Below, one piece after another: positions 11,431 to 20,282 of a DNA stretch of 64,000 nucleotides. Location of the stretch: assembly GCA_010093745.1 (NCBI GenBank), contig MU005962.1, forward strand, positions 248,001 to 312,000, written 5' to 3'. The notes under the pieces are model-generated. The model was not told where the DNA came from. It did not search any database and worked only from the letters and a program-made list of their open reading frames with translations. The first letter of the stretch is position 1; every line of letters begins with the position of its first letter. The translations under genes were made by a program, and so were the position numbers. Source of the stretch: Piedraia hortae CBS 480.64. Lineage: Eukaryota.

Positions 11431-12090
11431 TTGGCGTTGCAATACTCCCAATTTTCTCCATCAAGGAACCTCACCGCCGGAGTCAAGCGCGAGCGGACTG
11501 ATGCCTCGCTGGACAACTCGCCGGGGCGCCCCAAAAGCTCTAAGACCGGTCCCGGCCTTGCTGGCAAGTTCAAACCTCGGCCATCAACCCAAGCTGAGCC
11601 AAGCAAACCTCGCCCTCGATCGACCACCGGGAATCTTAGACTGAGAAACCCGAATTACGATGAGACTGCCGTCGAGGATGACACGCAAGGGAGCTCACAG
11701 AGCGGTGAGCAGAATGACTCCGAAGAGGGGTTCCTGGACGGCTCTCAGGACGACTCCCTTGATGGTTAAGGGGACAGTGCCCAGGAGGACTCCCCGGAAA
11801 ACTCGTTGGACGGCTCTGAGGACAGCATGCAGGACACTTCGCAAAGCACTACCGCGATGGAGAACAGCTCGCCGGCCGCCGGTATTCAGGCCATGGCAGG
11901 TTCCTAACAAGCATCAGCAGCTAATGTCAGCCTTAAGATCAAGTATGTTCACTCCCAGGCGATGGGGTCAAATGTCGGCACCTCGTAGGCCGATTACAGC
12001 AGCCAAGGAGGGAGGAGCTATGAAGGTGCTTGAGGCAATGAGCAGGAAGGGTTTAACAGGCAGGACAGATAAGCAGGATACGGCACCTAG
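11431..12090 (+). pseudogene. Decayed third copy of the cyclin unit: no cyclin fold, TTG at the start position, acidic repeat insert, several in-frame stops
   Basis: AGVKRERTDASLDNSPGRPKSSKTGPGLAG...PRPRSTTGNLRL aligns to the C-termini of copies 1 and 2; shares their upstream and downstream noncoding blocks; in-frame stops at 11767, 11905, 11986, 12031, 12070 and 12088. Confidence 0.65.
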
Positions 12091-12696
12091 GCAGGGCAAA
12101 TGTACATACCACTGGCGACGATTCTCGTTTGCCCATGGAATTTTCCCTGTTGTCTCATTAACATGTTAGTTTGATGATTGATTGTCCCGTAAACACGATA
12201 GTTGAATGGCTGGATCAAGGTGTGGGATTTGGACGTGCAGATGGAACACTGAAAATGGATTACAAAGCTTAAGCCGGGTACGGTAGAGCTGAAGAACACC
12301 CCCTGTGGGAAGAACTAAATGATAGCCAACGGTCCGGTAAATTTTAGAGTTGTGGGCTTGGCTTGAGGGGTACGTGCGCAAGTGATGGGTACTTGATGTC
12401 GAACAAGCTTGCTCTGGTGGTCATGGTATACTGAGAGATTTTGCTCCATTCATCACGGAATTACTATCTCTACGTCGGTGCACAAGCTACCCGGGCCCAA
12501 ACCCAAGCACTGCATTGTACTATGATACAACAAGCTCCCACAACAAAGAAGTTGGCACTACCCGCTTGTTATCGCAACAAAGCTACGAACATGCTACATT
12601 GTTCTTCTTATTATTCCTTTGTCAAATCGCCTACAGCCTACAATGACACGCAGAGGTTAATAAGCTCAGGGGCCTTGAAGGGTGCAGATATCATCA

Positions 12697-13383
12697 ATGG
12701 CAATTTCAGCGTCACCTTCTCCATTCGACGTTCTGACAGACTTCAACGGGTTTTATGCTGCTGGACAGTATCTTGGCTCACCTGTTTTTACAATTTATGC
12801 GGAGAACGTCCCGAAGGCCACGGAATAGTTCCAAAGGCCTGAAGACTTTCAAAAAGTGTATATTGAGGAGCTGGAAACTCCGGAGCCATCGTCCTCAGAT
12901 GCACAAACGATTGACGATCTCAGAATACTACTTAACGAGCTGGATCACAGATGTACTTGCCAATACCCAGACGTGCCTGGCCAGGAAGTCTATATCGAAG
13001 AGCTGGAAACCCAGGAGCCATTGTCTGCGGGTACCCAAACGACCAATACAGAAAAGGAAGAAGCGTTATCGCCAGCTAGACTGCAACAGGTCGAAAGCGA
13101 AATCAGTTTCCTGGAAGCACTAGTGGGCGCAACAGAGGTTTTGTCGCCAAAAATCCAGTCTTTGCTCGATGAGAGGATCGCATATTTGGAAATGCTGCTA
13201 GACGGAATTGGTATCTTCAATCCAGTGTCTTACATGATTGAGTTGGAGGTGCAGAGGGAGGCTGCAATTATAGATTTGGCGTTGGAGGGGATCGACATAA
13301 CCAGGCCTGTGGCTTCGATGAGTTTGGACGAGGTCCAACGCGAGATTACTCGCCTGCAAAAGCGATTGGAGCTGGAAATATAG
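12697..13383 (+). pseudogene. Orphan internally repetitive acidic/helical protein interrupted by one in-frame TAG (pseudogene or recoded gene)
   Basis: ATG 12697 is in frame with the 12856-13383 ORF; the only interruption is TAG 12826-12828. Repeats VYIEELETPEPSSS/VYIEELETQEPLSA and GIGIFNPVSYMIELEVQRE/GIDITRPVASMSLDEVQRE. Confidence 0.5.
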
Positions 13384-14299
13384 TTTGAATGGCAAAAGAT
13401 TTATAGTAACATGTAGTGATCATACAACTGATTACCGTGGGATTATTCATTACTAGTTTCCCGTAGAAATGTACAGCCCATATCCAGCTAAGTTCGATCG
13501 TAGGCGCTAATGTACCGCTGATGGGCAGGTCGGCGGCTAATATATGCATGCCGCTTTACTGCTTATTTGCCCAGCTTCTATGTGAGGCTAAGACCCCGTC
13601 GGCAGGTCTTATTGTAAAATGCTTCGTAGTTCTCAATTACAGTCATTGCATTTTTACTGTTCTCACTTTCATTCCCTAGGTCATCCGCGCACGTTCGATC
13701 GTCTGGAAAGAATGCAAGGAAATAATTTAGAGTGCATTCGGTTGGGAGATAACAGTACATGATCCACCATAATATTTTGATCGAAGTACACCTGCGGATG
13801 TGACTGGTATGAGTGCCAGTGCGAGCTCACCTTTTGACAGTTGACGTTAAGCGGTTCGGGCCGCTTGCGGGCAGCTTTCATACTTGCTTCATTTCACAAT
13901 GTCGTGAAGTCCATTTGCATATCCAATGAGGGCGCTGATAGCCACAAGCAATGAACAAAATGGAACTGCTGAGACATCTCAATTCGACTCATGTGGTTTG
14001 ACGAGTCAGTGGTAGGACTAATATCCACTAATATCAGAAGGAGGGGCAAGGAGGGGCAGTAGGGTTTGCCTCGACGACGCAAAGCATGGTGGAAATGAAA
14101 AGAATTCACTAATACATTTCTGCAGTTGACTCGAATCGAGTATCTCATAAGTCACCAAGATCGCAATCAACCTCGTCTTGCGACCGATATGGACAGAGGC
14201 GCAGGCGTAAATGACAGTGGTACCCCTCGTCTTACCCGAGGGGCGGGGCAGCTGGAGCTCCAGGCTCCTACGTAGTCATGAGCTCTGATAATTAGCTCA

Positions 14300-16441
14300 A
14301 TGCTACTGGCCGCCGGCCTTTATCGATGGTTCCACCTCTTTGACTCATCGATTGCGTGCAATTCCCACCGCAGAATTGCCAAGGTGAGTGTTAACATCAT
14401 CCTCCACCGTAGCCTTTACACGTCCGTTATGCTCGTACCTGAGGCTAACACTGTTGCTGAATTGATGGCTGCAGGCAGATTCGACGGCACTGAGCACAGC
14501 CTACACATCCCTGCTCCACCTCGAGCATCTCCCACGCGACCCGCTGAGGATCAGTTGGATGCTGAGACGGCAATTCGTCATCAGCTTCTGTCGCAGCCTC
14601 AGCAAGCTCCTACGCCCCCCGCCGCTCTGAGCTCGCTGGGGGCCAAGGCAATGATGGCCCAGTCAAGTTCCGACATGGAGTTGTCGTTCGATGTGTCCTG
14701 CGACATGGTTGAAGACCTCTCGGACATTTCGACCGACGACCACGAAACAGCTAGCATCTCAACAGAGCCGGTATCTGTCAGCGAGCAGGACCGCAGCGGC
14801 CGCAGTTCGCCTCTTGTATTCGATGATGGAAACCACGATGAGCTCGCAGATTCGTCGGACAGCGACGATGACATGAATCTGGCGACGCCTCGTCAGTCCA
14901 TTTACCCCCACGTCGACACGGAAGCGGTCCCATCTAATCTTCCCATTGGCCCTGGCCGTCCTCTCAATGTTATCTTCATTGCCCACAAGGACACATCGGA
15001 GGCTCTGAAGGCGAGGTTAGGTGCTCAATTAATCTCGGGCATGACCGGCCACGCTCACAGCGCCAACTGCTCTCGGTACCTGGTCCCGACGAGGGGTTCC
15101 CACCCTTTGGTATTTGGCCAAGGCAGCGCCGAGGTGAGAATATACCACTGCATTGACGCTGTATCAACTTGGACGAAGCAAACTACTCTGCGATTCATCG
15201 GCAAATCTGACGAACAGTACAAGCTTGACTACGAAAAGGTTGATCTCGCCGTCCTGTATCAGCCACTTGACCCTGAACAGCGGAGCAAATGGGTAGACGT
15301 TGCGGGTAAAACGATGTGGCAGCTGCGTGTACCAATACTGAGGCTTTACACTTACAATGGTCTGGCCTATCCCGAGCCACCGTCGAGTGCGTTTCCAACC
15401 GTGGGACAGATAACAACGAGCATGCCGATTAAGGACCTCTATAGTGTTTTGAAGAACACCCTCGACTTTCCGCCGTCAGTCTTGCCGCCAAAGAAACCTA
15501 GATCCAACATCATGAAGATGTTCAAGCATGCAGAACAGATCTTGGACGGTTACACTCTTGCTCTTACTGTAGTTCTCATCCTCTGTTTACTGCAAATGTT
15601 CTCTCGGGCTCCCGACCCAATTGCCAAGACCAATCTGCGCCGCACTCAGCTCTCTGCCGTGCTCGGCGCAAGCAACGATACGTTGGAAATATCCAAAGCT
15701 TTACATTATGATTCCATACTGCCGTGTCCCACACCCACCCCAAATCTTTTCGGACGCACGACATATGCGCCTATAAAGGAGATTCACAGCCAGTTCATCC
15801 ACCCAAATCATATCGTGGTGTCATTGCCACCAGCTAGGAGCAGATTCCCAGGCTTAGCTGCGGAAAGAGTGTCGCGGGGTGAATTGGACGTCAGCCACAA
15901 GGTTGTTAGGTACATTGACGGGGTCTACGATGTCGTGGTTGCGCCATGGGATGCGCATGGGCTTCTGTCGTTTGAATTGGTAACGGACAACCCTGGCTAC
16001 AAGTTCAACCTCAGCCATGATTTTGGCAGTCGCCTGCAGCTTCACGCCCTGGAAAGCGGCATCAATCAGGTCGTGAGTGAGCTAACAACGGCCCAACGGA
16101 CGGCCTGGACGAATAGCAAGCAATTTGGTCTTCATTTGGTTGAGAGAACGCGAAACGTACATTTACCCGAGCTCAATCTTCCTCCCGTTCGAACAGTTCT
16201 CGCCAACATAGAAATGCTGCTTCGTCAAAAGATTGACACGACTGGCCGAAAACTCGAGCGTGATGGGAAAGCCATTCGCCAGACCATCAACGCTATCCCT
16301 CCGCGTGTCAAGGCTGCTGTCCCAAGCAAGAAGACAATTGTCACGCCTATTCGGGTTGGTCGAGAATGGGCTTTGTGGCTCGAAAAGCAGATACTTGTGA
16401 GAAAGACGGTGAATACGGAGGAGACCAAGGCCGGTCGTTGA
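14300..16441 (+). CDS. Conserved fungal hypothetical membrane protein (single TM); start uncertain
   Basis: 713-aa ORF with an acidic Ser-rich N-region, TM segment YTLALTVVLILCLLQMF and a C-terminal IDGVYDVVV...DAHGLL...HDFGS region; possible intron from GTGAGT at 14384. Confidence 0.75.
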   Translation: MLLAAGLYRWFHLFDSSIACNSHRRIAKVSVNIILHRSLYTSVMLVPEANTVAELMAAGRFDGTEHSLHIPAPPRASPTRPAEDQLDAETAIRHQLLSQPQQAPTPPAALSSLGAKAMMAQSSSDMELSFDVSCDMVEDLSDISTDDHETASISTEPVSVSEQDRSGRSSPLVFDDGNHDELADSSDSDDDMNLATPRQSIYPHVDTEAVPSNLPIGPGRPLNVIFIAHKDTSEALKARLGAQLISGMTGHAHSANCSRYLVPTRGSHPLVFGQGSAEVRIYHCIDAVSTWTKQTTLRFIGKSDEQYKLDYEKVDLAVLYQPLDPEQRSKWVDVAGKTMWQLRVPILRLYTYNGLAYPEPPSSAFPTVGQITTSMPIKDLYSVLKNTLDFPPSVLPPKKPRSNIMKMFKHAEQILDGYTLALTVVLILCLLQMFSRAPDPIAKTNLRRTQLSAVLGASNDTLEISKALHYDSILPCPTPTPNLFGRTTYAPIKEIHSQFIHPNHIVVSLPPARSRFPGLAAERVSRGELDVSHKVVRYIDGVYDVVVAPWDAHGLLSFELVTDNPGYKFNLSHDFGSRLQLHALESGINQVVSELTTAQRTAWTNSKQFGLHLVERTRNVHLPELNLPPVRTVLANIEMLLRQKIDTTGRKLERDGKAIRQTINAIPPRVKAAVPSKKTIVTPIRVGREWALWLEKQILVRKTVNTEETKAGR

Positions 16442-16591
16442 GCCACTATTGTGGTTTTCATGGAGTTAGGTCGTGTATATCACTCTGTTGCACCGTGACT
16501 GTGTTCCCATATGTATTCAAAATTGAGTCCACAGAGCAATGGCGATAACCTTCATTATTACTCTGAACAGAGACAAGCTACTAAATTACCC

Positions 16592-17480
16592 TCAAAGCGC
16601 CGCCAAATCAATTTTCTTATCGCACAAATCCCACATGGCCTTGATAAGCGAATCTGACAGGGTATAGAGGTCGACATGGAACTCGCCGTCTAAGTCAAGT
16701 CAGCCCGCACATTCCACACAAGAATCGAAAAGGAAAAACTCACTCTCAAAGTCATTTTTGATATAACTCTCATCGGTCCTGTTGTCATGAATGAGCTGGA
16801 CGATCTGGAGGAGGTCGTCTTCCTGCAGCTGCGGCAGGGCATCGGCCAGCTTGTCGATGTCAACGGTGCGGTTCGCCGGCTTGTAACGTTTACGGTCGAG
16901 CTTGGCATTACCATTGATCGCGGGCGCTTCTCCGGCCGGGGCGGATTCCTTGAGTGCGGAGAGGAGAGGTTCCTTCGGGTTGCGGAATGTCTTTTGAAGT
17001 GTTAGCTTCGCTAAGCATTAGGCATGTTCCGCAAACTTACAATCGAGTGGGTGCTCTCGTACACTTCGCGTTGGAAATTGAGGTCGTGGGTGATGGTATG
17101 GTCGCCGCCCTTGGGGTTTCCCAGTGGAGTAAGGTGAATCGTCATATCGAATTCACCCCATCCTTCCTCCTCGATCGTAAAGGGGGGTACCTTGAAGGCC
17201 TGTTTCGCCCTCTTCCCGAAACTCTCGTGCAAATGGTACGCAACCTTTTCGAAGCAGCTGGCTGGCAGATTCTCGCCATCGGGACCGACAAGGAAAACGG
17301 AAATGGACCAGGCACGCGTAGGGAGGCCCCCGTCGGCCGGCGGATCTTCGTCTTTGACGCGCTGTCGAGTGACTAGCTTCACCGTACGTTTGATCTGTGG
17401 CAGCGTGCGTTGTGAGCGTCTCGTCACCATGACAGAGGAGAAGGTCGCAGTAAACGCCCCGGTCGACTTACATCCGGCAT
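16592..17480 (-). CDS. TAF14: YEATS-domain TFIID/TFIIF/SWI-SNF subunit Taf14 (Anc1/Tfg3), 3 introns
   Basis: MPD / IKRTVKLVT...LHESFGKRAKQAFKVPPFTIEEEGWGEFDM...HDLNF / TFRNPK...VDIDKLADALPQLQEDDLLQIVQLI...KND / GEFHVDLYTLSDSLIKAMWD; introns 17395-17471, 16991-17040 and one at about 16690-16743. Confidence 0.94.
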
Positions 17481-17911
17481 CTTGCTTGTGTTTGTGCGCT
17501 TCGCAGCACGCGATCTGTTGTCGCAAACCTGGAGCCTTTATGTTGTTGCTGCCCCCGCCTGGGAGGTGTGCGGGGATGTGGTGTTCGTGCGCAAAGTTGA
17601 GATCTTGTTGTGGAATCGATGCTGTTTACTATGATCGCGTCGCGTGGTCAGATGGCTGCGCTGCTCAAATACAATCGAGTTTATTGGTCGATGTGGTCGT
17701 TGCTACGTCACATGGAAATTCACCGGCTGCTCCCGCTCGGAACACTTCCGCTACCAACTGCGTGTAGCATCACAACAGAGGGGAATCAAACGTTGCCGAG
17801 TATACCTCGTCTCAACCTCGAATGGTTTGGCATGCTAGATGGAAAAGAACACAATGTATAGCTCATGAATTTATTCGCCGTGCAAGCGAGGCCCCGGGGA
17901 AACTTACTTAT

Positions 17912-18772
17912 CTACTCCTGCTTCGCAAAAAGAGGCTCGTTGTCTTTCTGAGCCTTGATAAAGGCCTCCTTGAAAGTATTGGCATTCTCGCTGTTAGCGA
18001 AGCGAATGGCCAGAGTCTGCGCCTCGGGCTCACCTTCCGAAACGTCAGCCGCAGCATTCCAGACCCAACTACGATCGCTGCCGACGTTGGGAGATAGCTT
18101 CATATCGGGAACAACTGCGCCAAGTCAGCTATAATCGAAGCGTTGTAATCGGAAGAACTTACTGTAGTGATTCGCGCACACCTTTAGCGTCTTGTCACGG
18201 CGCATCACCAGCCGCGTCTTGCCGTTCTCAAGGTGCTTCAGCAACCTCACATCGCCTGTGCCGCGCTCCTTCCACTCTTTGCTTTCACGGTCAAACTTGA
18301 AGAGTTTAGCCCGCATCTTGAACATTTGTTCCTCGCCCTCCTCGTGTGTCTTTGTCTCCACCTTTTCCGTCAAGTGCACGACAGGATCAAAGTGCGCATC
18401 GGCCTCGAATTCGTCGGGCTTATCATCGTCGTCTCCCGTCTTGGCCTTTTCCTTGTCGGCCTGAGCCTTAGCAGAGCCGGAGCGGTCATTATCTTCGTCA
18501 TCCTCCTTTCGTGGCTTCTTTGTGCCACCGCCAAACATGCTGAAGACATTGTCGTCCGTGGAAGTTGTTGCTGTTTTGCCGGCTTCTGGTTCGTCAGTCT
18601 GGGCCTTGACCGAGCCCGTCTGGCTGTCCTTTGCCTTGCCGCTATCTTTTGCCGACTCTTTCTTCGCGCCGCCGCCAAACATGCCGAAGAGATTGTCTTT
18701 GACGGCCGAAGCCGTGTCCCCGGCAGTTGCGGCGACGCCCTTGCTCTTTTCCTGGCTAGATTCCTCGGCCAT
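17912..18772 (-). CDS. YRB1: Ran-binding protein 1 (RanBP1 domain), 1 intron
   Basis: HFDPVVHL...[30 protein letters not shown]...[17 protein letters not shown] / ...[37 protein letters not shown]. Confidence 0.95.
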
Positions 18773-19009
18773 TCTGTCAAGGGTTTGGTAATATGGAAGG
18801 CGTCGTGTAGACTATTTGCAAACACTGGCAAGTGTCAAATGTTGTGTCAATGATGCAACGCGGGGTCCCTGCTTGGCATGAGGTGGGGCAGCGCTAAACA
18901 TCGGAATCTTTTGACGCTAAAAAGAGGGCAGCAGCTCTGCCTCGTTCTGATTGGCTGATCCCGCCCTATCCTTCATCAACTCGATCACAGACTGCATCCC
19001 GTAAGTGAT

Positions 19010-20153
19010 TTACACTCCAAAGTCCTTCCTAACATTCCTCCCCACCGCCTTCATGCCCACTTTAAACAATCTATAGTTGTTGAAAACGTATATCCCACCG
19101 GCTATGAACGCAAAATTGTTCGAGCCGCCGTTTCCAACCGAGAGTTTGCCCAAAAGCACACCCTCGGGATCCCAGACATTAATTCCATCCCCGCAGCCGG
19201 ACCAAACGTTGCCCTCGGTGTCGGTGTGGATCCCATCCGGAAAACCTGTGTCGACATACGCAAACAGTTCCCTGTTCCTCAGCCTGCCGGCCTTGGTAAC
19301 CTCGAATCGGTATATCGAGGACGGGCGGGTAGCATCAATTTCCTTTGTCAGCTTTCCCGTGTCGGTAACATACAAGTATGTACCATCCGGAGAGAATTCA
19401 ACTCCGTTTGGCGCGACAAAGTCATCGGCAACTGCTACGACCACACCCGTGGTAGGCGAGAAGCGGTACACCTGAGGGCGTAGCTCCGGAGGTGGCCGAA
19501 AGTCCTGCCAATACGCATAGGGCACATCTGTGAAATATAGGTCGCCTGTGACGGGATGCTGGGTAACCTATTCCTTTTTGTCAGCACTGCCACACGGACC
19601 CAGTAACGAGAAATACATCGTTGATGCTGGAAAAGTTTCTTCCCAAGAAGTTATCCAACAAGACTTTGGTCTTGTTCCGGACGGGATCAACCTCAATCAG
19701 CTGTGCCGGATGATTGAAATCGCCTTGATCACAGAACACGAGTTTCTGGCTTTCAGTCCCGTTTACCCCTCCTTCGGGATCTGCATAGTACATGGTGGCT
19801 CCGCCGTTTGCGTTTTGCAAGCCATCGTACCTCACCGAGGTGACTTTGTCCCCGTTGAGAACATCAATAACGGTGACGTTGATTGGATTTTCCAAGTCAT
19901 TGGCCCAATTGCTCGATGCGTACAGTTTGCCGGTAGCCCTGTAAAATGCACCTGCTTCGTGGAAAGCTTGGTATGGTAAGTGCAAAATCAGTTCGCTGGT
20001 GGCATTTGCACCGAGGATGGAGTTGGTGAACTTGTCGGTGTAAGAGATGAATGAGACTGCGTCAGTTGATGCGTTGGTCAGAGATTGGATCGAATAGGCG
20101 TAAGTCAAGCTAGTGGCCAGATGGTGCCAGTCAACGAAAGTTATATTCACCAT
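19010..20153 (-). CDS. SMP-30/gluconolactonase/LRE-family beta-propeller (lactonohydrolase-like), 1 intron
   Basis: AFHEAG, NANGGA, NFSSINDV / HPVTGDLYFTD, PNGVEFSPDGTYLYVTDTG, GFPDGIHTDTEGNVWSGCGDGINVW; GT-AG intron about 19568-19617 with CTGAC branch site. Confidence 0.9.
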
Positions 20154-20282
20154 TTCGTCGACGGGTGAGGTTGATCGGTAGCCACATCTGGCAGTTGCCG
20201 AATCATGAAACGCCTTTTTTCTATTTGACACAACGCCATGAACTGTAAATTCAGCACGATACAAAACACTAGCGTGAACCAT

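Noticed and set aside
11660..12169. 169-aa Arg/Thr-rich ORF with WTALRT repeats
   Set aside because: Best explained as the +1 shadow of the Asp/Gly/Ser/Gln-rich frame, which rarely creates stops in that frame.
6400..14300. Transposon or Starship-type element explaining the island
   Set aside because: No transposase, reverse transcriptase, tyrosine recombinase, terminal repeats or target-site duplication recognised by eye.
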